Origin: an uncultured Candidatus Bathyarchaeia archaeon
Lineage (GTDB): Archaea > Thermoproteota > Bathyarchaeia > 40CM-2-53-6
Length of the DNA stretch: 64,000 nucleotides
Assembly: GCA_964559555.1 (NCBI GenBank)
Contig: CAZLHM010000005.1
Location: 8,188-72,187 of the forward strand
Direction of reading: 5' to 3'
Positions 48,042-57,571 of the stretch are shown here, piece by piece. Within the stretch, counting starts at the first letter, position 1; each line of letters opens with the position of its first letter. The notes under the pieces were generated by a model. That model had not been told where the DNA came from, did no database searches, and saw nothing but the letters and a program-made list of their open reading frames with translations. The position numbers and the translations under genes were made by a program.

Positions 48042-49082
48042 CTACGAATCATGCCGGAGGTATACTCTCGCGTCTTCACTGAGAACGGATGGGAGAGGCA
48101 AGTCCTTCATTGTGTAAAGCCCTGGTTCTGCATTCAAGACTTTGGGAATCATATTCAGAACCACGGCCACCGTTCCAACGTCGCCATGGATTCCCCCGAT
48201 TATCTTCTGGTTCACGTTGGGCAGGCCCTCGATAGATACGGCATCGTATTCCTCTTCGACGCCAGCGTGTGCGACGAACTCCAACATTATGACGGGTCTC
48301 TCGTCCTTGATTCCGTGTGCAAGGCTCTTGAGCCCGGCGGCACAGCCCGGCTTGACAGTCGTGTACGGTGTGACTATCTGTCTCTGTGTGATGACCGGTT
48401 CGGGCGGGAACTCCTTTATCAGGTCAAGTCTCCATCCCAATGCCGCTGCGATCATGGCGATTGACTCGGCCAGGCCGACGTGCCCAGTGATGATCTTGTC
48501 ACGAATCATCCTCGTGAATTCCTCAGGTGCAAGTCCTGTCCCGATCTTCTTCTGGAACGGAATCCGGCGCTTTGATGAATCCATCATTCGTGTGACTTTG
48601 ATCCTGTCTACCCGAAGACAGGCTCCTGTCAGAGTGATGGGCAGTGCGTCCATGAGATAGCCAGGGTTTATGCCAGTGCCCAGAATCGCTATTCCGTGTT
48701 TCTTCGCCAGCTTGTCGATTTCCTTCGACAGATCTGGATATCTGTAGTAAGGATAGGAGAGTTCTTCGCAAGTCGAGACAACATCGACCGCGGCTTTGGC
48801 GCATAAGTTCAATTCGTTGCGAATACCTTCGAGTGAGGACCTTGTCGCAACAATCGCGATGTCCGGTTTGGTTCTTGAGAGCACGCCCTCACCGTCTGTA
48901 GTTACTCTCACTCCGAGCGTCTTGCCGAGATTGAGAACCTCACCGAGATCCTTGCCCGAGAGGTCCATGGCAATATCCACTGCTCCGACAATCTTCATTC
49001 CTTTCTTGTCCAAGAGTCCTTTGGCAATGGCCACACCCAATGGCCCAAGTCCAAACATCGCGACTTTGATCTCGTTCGCCAT
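48042..49082 (-). CDS. NAD(P)-dependent amine dehydrogenase, 2,4-diaminopentanoate dehydrogenase (Ord)-like
   Basis: GLGPLG, VVSTCEEL, LGTGINPG, GHVG, NMIPKV..AEPG. Confidence 0.8.
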   Translation of the reverse strand: MANEIKVAMFGLGPLGVAIAKGLLDKKGMKIVGAVDIAMDLSGKDLGEVLNLGKTLGVRVTTDGEGVLSRTKPDIAIVATRSSLEGIRNELNLCAKAAVDVVSTCEELSYPYYRYPDLSKEIDKLAKKHGIAILGTGINPGYLMDALPITLTGACLRVDRIKVTRMMDSSKRRIPFQKKIGTGLAPEEFTRMIRDKIITGHVGLAESIAMIAAALGWRLDLIKEFPPEPVITQRQIVTPYTTVKPGCAAGLKSLAHGIKDERPVIMLEFVAHAGVEEEYDAVSIEGLPNVNQKIIGGIHGDVGTVAVVLNMIPKVLNAEPGLYTMKDLPLPSVLSEDARVYLRHDS

Positions 49083-49227
49083 CTCTGTGAGCACAGTGCG
49101 GCGTAGGCTTCACGTTGTGATTTAAGTCTTCGATCGATCAGACTCCATCAGTCTGAATAGATTCGACAGAGACTTCAAAGAACCCTAAAATACGAACGCT
49201 CTAGAGTGTGCGCGCGAGGATCGCTCT

Positions 49228-50199
49228 GTGAAGGCGTTCGTCCGCGCAACATGGATTCTTGACGATTGGGATCTGCTTCAGAAGGCAATCGACACAAGGA
49301 TGGAGTTCGCTGACTTCCCGTTTCTTACTGGAAAGGCCCTTGCCGATCGCATGCGCGGGGAAGAGATTTTCATAACAAACGAGGATCGTATCGATGAGGA
49401 GGCGATCGACGGCAACAGTGACTTGAGGTTCATCGGCACGCAATCAGCAGGTTTGGATCACATCGATGTCAACGCTGCCACAAAGCGTGGCATACCGGTT
49501 GTTCACACTCCGGGCGCGAATGCTGACTCAGTCGCAGAGCACACTTTCGCCCTGATATTGGCCATATCCCGAAGGATCACGAGAGCTGACGCACAACTCC
49601 GAAGAGGAATGACACCCAAGATAGATTCATACAAGCCCCTGATGGGCGTTCAGCTCAAAGGCAAGACCATAGGCATCGTCGGAGTTGGAAACATCGGGTC
49701 ACGCGTGGCAATGATCGCAAGAGGCTTCGGCATGAATGTTGTCCTGTTTGATCCTGGTATCTTGTCGACTCGTTTGGAGCAGTTCGGTCGAGTCGTCCAG
49801 CTTGACGAGCTGCTGAGCGTCTCGGATTTCGTTTCTGTTCACGTTCCTCTCACAAGTCAGACTGCAGCCATGTTCGGAACGGAGCAATTCGGTACGATGA
49901 AAAGGAGCGCTTTTTTCGTGAACACTTCGAGAGGAAAGGTTGTGAAGGAGCCGGAGCTGATCGAGGCGCTGAAAGAAAAGAGAATAGCTGGAGCGGCTCT
50001 CGACGTTCAGGCGGTTGAGCCTCTTCCTGCAAGTAGTCCCCTCCTCGAACTAGACAGTGTAATCGTGACACCTCACATCGCCTCCTTCACAAGAGAGGCA
50101 CAGGAATACTGCGATTACCTTGTCCAAGAGGAGGCGATCCGGTTCGCCAGAGATGAACCTCTGCGTTTCGTGGCAAACCCGCAAGTTCTGAAGCGTTAG
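49228..50199 (+). CDS. D-2-hydroxyacid dehydrogenase (SerA-like core, no ACT domain)
   Basis: AGLDHID, NADSVAEH, GVGNIG, NTSRG, EP, TPHIA. Confidence 0.87.
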   Translation: MKAFVRATWILDDWDLLQKAIDTRMEFADFPFLTGKALADRMRGEEIFITNEDRIDEEAIDGNSDLRFIGTQSAGLDHIDVNAATKRGIPVVHTPGANADSVAEHTFALILAISRRITRADAQLRRGMTPKIDSYKPLMGVQLKGKTIGIVGVGNIGSRVAMIARGFGMNVVLFDPGILSTRLEQFGRVVQLDELLSVSDFVSVHVPLTSQTAAMFGTEQFGTMKRSAFFVNTSRGKVVKEPELIEALKEKRIAGAALDVQAVEPLPASSPLLELDSVIVTPHIASFTREAQEYCDYLVQEEAIRFARDEPLRFVANPQVLKR

Positions 50200-50217
50200 A
50201 TTCACTAGTGTTGGATC

Positions 50218-51237
50218 ATGGACTCCAGAGAACGCGTCCTGAAGGCCTTAGACCTCAAGAAACCCGATAGGGTGCCCGTTATTCCCTTTGTCATCTCGTT
50301 TGCAGCGAAATACGCTGGGGTCAAGTTCTTTGACTATTGCAGAGATCCAAGACGACTCGCAGAAGCACAGATCGTCACAGCAAGGCGATTCGGGATCGAA
50401 GCTGTCTATGTAGACTCGGACCCGGTCATCGAGATAGAGGCGATGGGGGCCGAAGTCAAGTACTACGACGACGAGATACCCACGGCGTCACGACCGACAG
50501 TAGCATCCTCGAGCGACATCAGATCCTTACGTGTGCCCGACATAGAAAGAGACGGTCGACTGCCGGTTTGGTTGGAGGCGATCAGGATACTGAAAGAACG
50601 CGTTGGGCATGACCTTGCTGTCTTTGCCAACATAAACGGTCCCTTCCAAGCGGCAGCACAACTGCGAGGCATATCTCAGATCTGCATGGACTTCTATCGA
50701 GATCCCGGAATAGCCACTGAACTTGTCCGGTTCACGACGAATACGATTATTGCATTTGCCAAGGCGGAGATCGAGGCTGGGGTAGATGCCATTGTACTAG
50801 GAGACGCTATGTCGTCTCCGAACCTCATCTCCCCGAAGCAGTTTGAGGAATTCAGCTTCCCATACATTCGGCGAGTAGTCGCCGAAGCCGGAGCGTCGTT
50901 TCCTTTCTTTCTTCACATCTGCGGGAATTCTACTCCTATAATTGACAAGATGGTTCGGACGGGTGCAAGGTTCTTGGAAGTTGATGCTCAAGTCGACTTG
51001 GCAGACATCAGGAAGAAGTACGGGAATTCGATTGGGATCAGGGGAAATGTGAGTCCAAGTTTGCTCTTGATGGGACAACCCCATGAAGTTGAGGGCACCT
51101 GTCGCATAGCAATTGAAGCCGCAGCCAGTGACGGAGGATTCATCCTAGGGTCAGGCTGCGAGCTCCCGAAGAACACACCATACGACAACCTCGAGACAAT
51201 GGTACGAGCTGCTGAGAAATTCGGCAAGTATGGATAG
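50218..51237 (+). CDS. UroD/MtaA-family protein, methylcobamide:thiol methyltransferase-like
   Basis: PDRVPV, GPF, and the zinc motif HICG-X78-GSGC. Confidence 0.85.
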   Translation: MDSRERVLKALDLKKPDRVPVIPFVISFAAKYAGVKFFDYCRDPRRLAEAQIVTARRFGIEAVYVDSDPVIEIEAMGAEVKYYDDEIPTASRPTVASSSDIRSLRVPDIERDGRLPVWLEAIRILKERVGHDLAVFANINGPFQAAAQLRGISQICMDFYRDPGIATELVRFTTNTIIAFAKAEIEAGVDAIVLGDAMSSPNLISPKQFEEFSFPYIRRVVAEAGASFPFFLHICGNSTPIIDKMVRTGARFLEVDAQVDLADIRKKYGNSIGIRGNVSPSLLLMGQPHEVEGTCRIAIEAAASDGGFILGSGCELPKNTPYDNLETMVRAAEKFGKYG

Positions 51238-51316
51238 CAGCTGTGTTGGTATCTCGCTACAGCGAGTCTACTTGATGGGTTGCTGCGCGATTTCGTCAAC
51301 AGATCTTGGGGCCCGC

Positions 51317-52012
51317 CTAGGGGAGGTCAACCGGCGCGACCTGCATATGCTTGCTCACGTGTTGGAATCCCTCTGCGTATTTCACTCCGACTTGGAGCCC
51401 TCTGAAGCGAGAACATACGCGAGCATCATCGATGAAGTCGACGCCATGATGATCCTTCATCCATGTGATTTGGGTTCTATGCTCGGCGAGGGCCTTCAGC
51501 TTCAGATCAATGAAGTCTGAGATGTCAACCCAAAGGGTCGGTTCGAATCCGATACCGAAGATTGTCTCACAATAGTATACTTTCCTTGGCGTGTGTGCTG
51601 GAGATTCCGTCCTGACGAGAGGAACGCCCGCGTCAAAAACCGCCTCGACCACTATTGTGGCAGTGTTCGTGTGATCAGGATGATAGTCCAGAGGAGACAT
51701 AGTGAAAACGATGTCGGGTTTCGCCTTCCGAATCACCTCAACTACCTTCATCACGGCCTCCCTGTCGTGGAAGACCTCGGCGTCCCTGAACCCAACCCAC
51801 ATATGGTCGGCTCCAAGGACTGATGCTGCAGTGCGAGCTTCCTCCAGCCTCATCTTGCCTAGTTCTTCCGGTGGAATCGTGAGGTGACCTTTGTCGCCAT
51901 TGGCCATCGTTGCAATCACGACCTTATGTCCGTTCTTCGTGTACTTCGCCATAGTTCCGCCACACAAGAACTCGACATCGTCAGGGTGCGCGCCTATGGC
52001 TAGAATCCGCAT
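51317..52012 (-). CDS. PIG-L/LmbE family N-acetyl-sugar deacetylase
   Basis: AHPDD, DYHPDH, HRTQ, YAEGF. Confidence 0.9.
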   Translation of the reverse strand: MRILAIGAHPDDVEFLCGGTMAKYTKNGHKVVIATMANGDKGHLTIPPEELGKMRLEEARTAASVLGADHMWVGFRDAEVFHDREAVMKVVEVIRKAKPDIVFTMSPLDYHPDHTNTATIVVEAVFDAGVPLVRTESPAHTPRKVYYCETIFGIGFEPTLWVDISDFIDLKLKALAEHRTQITWMKDHHGVDFIDDARVCSRFRGLQVGVKYAEGFQHVSKHMQVAPVDLP

Positions 52013-52051
52013 TCATGTCACACCAGATTCGGAGCATCTTCGGAGACGTGA

Positions 52052-52064
52052 GATATAGCTTTCC
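52052..52064 (-). promoter_or_regulatory. BRE/TATA element (GGAAAGCTATATC)
   Basis: ~40 bp upstream of the PIG-L start and identical to 11738-11750. Confidence 0.55.
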
Positions 52065-52181
52065 AGTAATTCCTTCGAATGGGCAAGAAAGCATAGCGAT
52101 GGCATGAGCGCTCTACGAGCTATCTGAGAGCAACGCTCTAGGAGGGACCGAATTCTCGGATTGGATGAATGATGGGAGACG

Positions 52182-53237
52182 TTACTCGGCGCATTTCGAG
52201 AGGGGATACTGTCCGTATTGGCGAGCAACTCTCACCATGGTCTCGATGTTCTTCAACGGAAACTCTGGCATTACGACGCACCCCGGGCTCAGGACGTAGC
52301 CTCCGTTGGCGGCTCCCGCTTCGATGCACTCCTTAGACTTACTTGCGACTTGGTATGTTGTGCCATGTCGAATTGTCGCACTTGGATCCAAGTTGCCAGT
52401 GATACACACCCGGTCACCTATCTTTACCTTGGCCTCAGCGAGGTCAACCGTCTGGTCGACTTCAACGTTCTGAACTCCTGTCGCGATCATGTCGGCCCAG
52501 ATTGAGGTGCTTCTACCGCAGATATGTAGTGAGGTTAGAACCCCTTGCTTCTTCCATTGCTCAAACACCATCTTGTCGTAGGGCATCGCATAATCTTTGA
52601 AGAACTGGGGCGAGACAAGGGAGGGACCTGCAAAGGAATCACCCAAGTGAACGATATCAGCACCGGCTTCTGCTTCGGCTCTTCCCATCTCAATCATGTA
52701 CTCTGTACAGAACTCAATGAGTCTCAGAGCTAGCTCCTTGTTGACGTAGAGATCTTTCAGGAACGTTTGGAGTCCCCTTATCTCAGCAGCAAGCGAAAAC
52801 GGGCCTTGGCCTCCGGTATAGATCGCGATCTTGCCGCCAACTTTGCCACGCAGCAGCTCTATCCCTCGAATCAGCATGGGAAGTCTGCCGTCTCTTTGTG
52901 GATCAGGAACCTCGAGCTTCTCGACGTCTCCCATTTCCCTCACGGGTGATTCGATTGGGTTCGGTGTGTTGTTCTCGGGGAAGTCGAGCTTCACACCCAC
53001 AGCTTCTGCGAAGACCCAAACGTCAACAAAGCTCAACACGAAATCACACCCGAATCTCTCTTGGAAATGTAGTTGACCTTTGACCATCTTGTTGATGTCG
53101 TGGCAGTACTCACGTATGCTATAGCCGAGAGGTGCTCCCGATGCGTAGGTGATCATTGGGAAAACAGGGACCATATCAGGCTCAGAGAGCGAGTACGCAG
53201 CTCGTACCCTCTCCAGAGACGACATGACGCCCTTCAT
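52182..53237 (-). CDS. UroD/MtaA-family protein, methylcobamide:thiol methyltransferase-like (second)
   Basis: GPFSLA, and the zinc motif HICG-X79-SPGC. Confidence 0.85.
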   Translation of the reverse strand: MKGVMSSLERVRAAYSLSEPDMVPVFPMITYASGAPLGYSIREYCHDINKMVKGQLHFQERFGCDFVLSFVDVWVFAEAVGVKLDFPENNTPNPIESPVREMGDVEKLEVPDPQRDGRLPMLIRGIELLRGKVGGKIAIYTGGQGPFSLAAEIRGLQTFLKDLYVNKELALRLIEFCTEYMIEMGRAEAEAGADIVHLGDSFAGPSLVSPQFFKDYAMPYDKMVFEQWKKQGVLTSLHICGRSTSIWADMIATGVQNVEVDQTVDLAEAKVKIGDRVCITGNLDPSATIRHGTTYQVASKSKECIEAGAANGGYVLSPGCVVMPEFPLKNIETMVRVARQYGQYPLSKCAE

Positions 53238-53391
53238 CAGTCGCATCCCTCAAACTCCACTTCTTCGATCTGATGATGACTCTCCAGACCAGTGGATTGG
53301 CAAGTAAAGTCTATCGCATTTGAATGGCACTGCACGGCGAATTGCCTGGCGGATCTTGGAAAGTTATATGTAGCCGCCGTCCGCAAGGACC

Positions 53392-54357
53392 GTGAGTTCC
53401 ACATCAAAGGTAGGATGTTGTTTGGGTGTTTCTTGGGAGAATACTCTTCGACTAAGTATTGTTCCCGTGATGATGTACCCTGAAACGCAATCCGGGGGCA
53501 CATCGTTATTGGAGAATCTCACTCAACTCGTCGCTGACGATTTCTTTTCAGTTCTCGAGCTCACCTGGATCAAGGATTCCGGAACTCGGAAAGCCACCAG
53601 AGACATCGCGGAGAGCGCCCGTGTTACGCTAACCTATGGCGCACAGATGGCCTTACTGAGTCAGAAGCTCGATCTGAATTCCGTGGACAACTCGCAGAGG
53701 AGCAAGGCCGTCCAAGAGGTCAAGATCTGTCTCGACGAAGCGTCTGAACTTGGGGCGGAGCGTCTCAGTCTACTGAGTGGATTCGATCCAGGAGAGTCGC
53801 AACGAAAAAGTGCTCGCGAGCTCTTTGCAGATTCTTTGAGAGAAATCTGTGCCTATGGCGAGCAGAGAGAGATCGGAGTTACCCTAGAGACCTTCGATCG
53901 CGAAGTCGAGAAGAGATGTCTGATCGGACCGTCAAGAGAGGCTGTTGCGCTAGCGCGGACGATTAGAAAGGAGTACCCTAGTTTCGGAATAATGTACGAC
54001 ATGGCTCACGGCCCACTCCTCAACGAGAACCCACGAACCGCACTGAGACTACTCAAGGACTACTTGGTACACATCCACTTGGGCAACTGCGTCAAGACTC
54101 AAGGGCATCCAGCCTACGGCGATAGGCATCCCAGATTCGGAGTCGAAGGGGGCGAGCATGATGTGGAGGACTTGACACGATTTCTGAAGATACTCTTCGA
54201 CATCGGATATCTTGGCAAGAGAGCGGAACGGTCACGCAAGTTGCCGATTGTTGGGTTCGAGATCAAGCCTTTGCCCGGGGAGAAATCCGAAGCTGTGCTT
54301 GCGGGAACCAAGCGCGTCTGGAGACAAGCTTGGGCACAACTTCAGCGAAGGAGCTGA
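53392..54357 (+). CDS. Sugar isomerase/epimerase-like TIM barrel
   Basis: LETFD, YDMAH, HIHLGN, HPRFG, GFEIKP. GGAAAGTTATATG lies ~22 bp upstream. Confidence 0.8.
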   Translation: MSSTSKVGCCLGVSWENTLRLSIVPVMMYPETQSGGTSLLENLTQLVADDFFSVLELTWIKDSGTRKATRDIAESARVTLTYGAQMALLSQKLDLNSVDNSQRSKAVQEVKICLDEASELGAERLSLLSGFDPGESQRKSARELFADSLREICAYGEQREIGVTLETFDREVEKRCLIGPSREAVALARTIRKEYPSFGIMYDMAHGPLLNENPRTALRLLKDYLVHIHLGNCVKTQGHPAYGDRHPRFGVEGGEHDVEDLTRFLKILFDIGYLGKRAERSRKLPIVGFEIKPLPGEKSEAVLAGTKRVWRQAWAQLQRRS

Positions 54358-54402
54358 GGAGCAAGCGTAGAGCCGAGATCAGACACAGGAGCGCGTCCCG
54401 TC

Positions 54403-55044
54403 GTGAATGATGTCTTCGAGAATATCGCTCAAGCGATTGGCAGATTGGATCCGGCCGAAAACACGAAGATACTCCTGAACTCGGCAGTTTCTCAAGGAGT
54501 GAATGCATCGGATATTGTTGAGAAAGGTATTAGACGAGGACTCGAGATCGTCGGTCAGAAGTACGAAGCCGGAGAGTATTTTCTCTCAGAACTTCTATAT
54601 GCTGGTTCTCTCGTCGCAGATCTTTCTGAGATTCTGAAGCCCGCTTTGAAGAATCAACGGATCCAAATGAGAGGTGTCATAGCCCTCGGCACCGTCAAGG
54701 GTGACATCCACGACATTGGCAAGAATGTCTTCAGGATGCTTGCGGACAGTGCTGGCTTCGAAGTCCACGACCTCGGGGTGGATGTTGATCCTTCCGTGTT
54801 TGTTGATGAAATAGAGAGGTCTGGTCCACAAGTGCTTGGGCTTTCTGCATTGCTGACAACAACCTTGCCAGAGATGAAGAACACGATCGACAGCGTTCGA
54901 GCAGCTGGCGTGAGAGACAAACTGCGTATCCTCTTGGGCGGCAACGCTGTCAAGAAGGAGTTCGGAAGCGAGATAGGCGCCGACGCCACTGCCCTTGATG
55001 CCGTGGAAGGATTGGGGATATGTAGGCGGTGGACACAGAAATGA
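54403..55044 (+). CDS. Corrinoid (cobalamin-binding) protein 1
   Basis: Four-helix cap plus GDIHDIGKN, LSALLTT and GG. Confidence 0.92.
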   Translation: MNDVFENIAQAIGRLDPAENTKILLNSAVSQGVNASDIVEKGIRRGLEIVGQKYEAGEYFLSELLYAGSLVADLSEILKPALKNQRIQMRGVIALGTVKGDIHDIGKNVFRMLADSAGFEVHDLGVDVDPSVFVDEIERSGPQVLGLSALLTTTLPEMKNTIDSVRAAGVRDKLRILLGGNAVKKEFGSEIGADATALDAVEGLGICRRWTQK

Positions 55045-56207
55045 TGACTCCTCGTGAGAGATTCGAGGCCGTAGCCCATTTCAGAAAGCCAGACCAGTTG
55101 CCATGGGTGGAGAACGCTTACGATGAGACGATCCTGCAATGGTTCAAGCAAGGGCTTCCTCCAGAGGATGTGACGGTTATTGAATGGGAGATGGGGCGCG
55201 GCGGGACTGCGCTCGCAAACATGACGACCGTCAAAGGGTTCAACCCGTATCGCTATCTTGGCTGTCAATGGCTGTACGGATGTCTCTTACAGGTCGATGT
55301 GGGGCCATTACCGAGGTACAAGCAGCGACTCTTGAACGAGACCGACAGACACCTGGAGCTCCTCACAGAGACAGGTGCGAAGGCACGGCGATCAAAGACC
55401 GCAAGATATGCATGGTACAGTATGCCCATGTTTGTGGAGTTCCCAGTAAAGGATCGAGAAACATGGTACGAGTACAGAAAGCGCCTCGATCCAGAAGACC
55501 CTAAACGCTACCCGAAAGACTGGGATACTGAAGACTACATTCGAGCCTTCGAGACCTATCAAGAAGGCAACACGATGCTGAGGTTCAACGGCTTCTACGG
55601 CTTTGGCGCGGAACTGATGGGAATACCCACGTTCAATCTCATGTTCTACAAGGATCCTGAATTGATGCACGACATGATCGAGTACTGGGAATACTTCACC
55701 GTCGAAACAATTCGGTCAGCTGCAGAGACCCTCAAGGACAGAATCGACGTCGTCTATTGGTGGGAAGACTTTGCGGACAGGCATGGACCTTGCATCTCAC
55801 CGAAGATCTTCAGAGAATTCTTCCTGCCGCATTACAAGAGGGTCACTGATTTTCTCGCCAAGAACAAGATCGATCGGATACTGATGGACAGCGACGGCAA
55901 CATCAACCCGATACTGGACTTGATCGCTGAATCAGGAATCAATGGCCTATGGCCCCTTGAAGTCAACGCCGGCATGCATGCCGTCGGCATAAGGAAGAAG
56001 TACGGAGAGAAGTTCTTCCTGATAGGAAATCTCGACAAGATCGAACTGGCAAAAGGCGGAGAAGCAATGATGAGAGAAGTTGACGCCAAGGTTCCACCTT
56101 TGAAAGAGTTGGGAGGTTACATGCCCGGCGCTGATCACCTGATCCCGGTCGAAATGACTCTGGCGCGGTTTCGAGAATACGGGAATTACATCCGCAGGTA
56201 TCTGTGA
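55041..56207 (+). CDS. UroD-fold protein lacking the HxC...C motif, possible substrate:corrinoid methyltransferase (MT1)
   Basis: MTPRERF, WED, ISP..FREFFLP, DSDG, GNLDK, GGY..GADH. ATGA overlap with the corrinoid gene. Confidence 0.8.
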   Translation: MMTPRERFEAVAHFRKPDQLPWVENAYDETILQWFKQGLPPEDVTVIEWEMGRGGTALANMTTVKGFNPYRYLGCQWLYGCLLQVDVGPLPRYKQRLLNETDRHLELLTETGAKARRSKTARYAWYSMPMFVEFPVKDRETWYEYRKRLDPEDPKRYPKDWDTEDYIRAFETYQEGNTMLRFNGFYGFGAELMGIPTFNLMFYKDPELMHDMIEYWEYFTVETIRSAAETLKDRIDVVYWWEDFADRHGPCISPKIFREFFLPHYKRVTDFLAKNKIDRILMDSDGNINPILDLIAESGINGLWPLEVNAGMHAVGIRKKYGEKFFLIGNLDKIELAKGGEAMMREVDAKVPPLKELGGYMPGADHLIPVEMTLARFREYGNYIRRYL

Positions 56208-56281
56208 TCTAGGGCTCTCGCTGGCCTTGCGCGCGGGTTCAACAAATGGTAACCTCTTTTGCGAATCGTTCGGCTTCTAAT

Positions 56282-57571
56282 CTACTTGAGCGTCTCGAAT
56301 GCTTTCTTGGCGCATGAAAGGAACTTGTTCGCGTCTGCTTTGGTGTGCGCAGCTGAGAGATGACATCGCTTCAGGTGATGCGTGCTCAGTATAACACCTT
56401 GATCTCTCATCGATCGGCTGTACTTGCCGTACATCTCGGCATCATTAGAAAGAACGGAAAGGTAGTTCACGATATCGGCGTCTGTGAAGTATAGAGTGAA
56501 GATAGAGTGGAACCTCTTGACCTGCGCCCTCAGCCTGAAGTCCTGTACAAGTTGCGTCAGTCCATTGACTATCATATCCGCTACGTTGTCCATGCGCTCG
56601 TGGGCTTCCCCACTCTCTAGTTCGGAGATCGTAGCCAGGCTTGCAGCGACGGAGATCGGATGTGAATAGTAGGTCGCCGCCATGTGGACATCGCCCAGCG
56701 GCCTCAGACGGTTCATAATGTCGGACCGACCGGCGAGCCCGCCGATTGGATAACCGTTGGCCATCGCCTTCGCAAAGGCTGTGAGGTCAGGCTTTATCCC
56801 GAATAGCTTCTGCGCGCCACCTATGCTGTGTCTAAATGCTGTTATGACTTCGTCCAAGATGAAGACGATTCCATGGCGCGCTGTGAGTTCCCTTATTGTC
56901 TGAAGGAATCCTTCTTTGGGCATGACGACACCTATGTTGTGAAGAATAGGTTCGGTGATCACCGCAGCGAGCTCGTCTTTGTACCGTGAGATTGTCCGCT
57001 CAAGAGTATCGATGTCGTTCCAAGGAACGACGATCGTCTGGGCCATCGCTTCCGGCAGGCTTCCTGCGGACACCGGCCAAGGTGTTCCAACCTTGTCTGC
57101 GGGAGGCATCACACTAATGTCAACATAGTCATGCCAGCCATGGTATCCCCCCTCGAACTTGAGGATCTTCTTTCGTCCCGTGAACGCTCGTCCGAGCCTT
57201 ATCGCGTGAAATGTGGCGTCGGAGCCGGCGTTGCAGAACCGCACCTTCTCTGCGGATGGAACATGCCTCGTGATCTTCTCGGCGAGTTTGTACTCGAGTT
57301 CTGTTGTGCCAATCCCCCAGAGATCGCTCTCCAAGGCCGCCTTCCTGACGGCTTGCACAACTTTCGGATGGCAGTGACCAAGAATCAGCGGACCATACCC
57401 TAACAAGAAGTCAGTGTAGATATTCCCATCAACATCATAGATCTTTGATCCCTTGGCCTTCCTGAAGAAGATCGTATAGGGTTCCGTGAAGCGGAGTTCA
57501 TCGTGAACGCCGCCGATTGTCACAGACCTAGCCTTCTCGGAGAGCGCAGCAGACTTCCTACCTGAAACCAA
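56282..57571 (-). CDS. Class III aminotransferase, GSA-aminomutase-like (divergent)
   Basis: FEGGYHG, LDEVITAFR, FAKAMANG, AATYYSHP. Confidence 0.85.
   Translation of the reverse strand: MVSGRKSAALSEKARSVTIGGVHDELRFTEPYTIFFRKAKGSKIYDVDGNIYTDFLLGYGPLILGHCHPKVVQAVRKAALESDLWGIGTTELEYKLAEKITRHVPSAEKVRFCNAGSDATFHAIRLGRAFTGRKKILKFEGGYHGWHDYVDISVMPPADKVGTPWPVSAGSLPEAMAQTIVVPWNDIDTLERTISRYKDELAAVITEPILHNIGVVMPKEGFLQTIRELTARHGIVFILDEVITAFRHSIGGAQKLFGIKPDLTAFAKAMANGYPIGGLAGRSDIMNRLRPLGDVHMAATYYSHPISVAASLATISELESGEAHERMDNVADMIVNGLTQLVQDFRLRAQVKRFHSIFTLYFTDADIVNYLSVLSNDAEMYGKYSRSMRDQGVILSTHHLKRCHLSAAHTKADANKFLSCAKKAFETLK

Noticed and set aside
50218-57571. Tetrapyrrole biosynthesis cluster (hemE plus hemL)
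   Set aside because: The UroD-fold proteins carry MT2-type zinc motifs or are coupled to a corrinoid protein, the GSA-like enzymes have divergent motifs, and no other hem genes are present.
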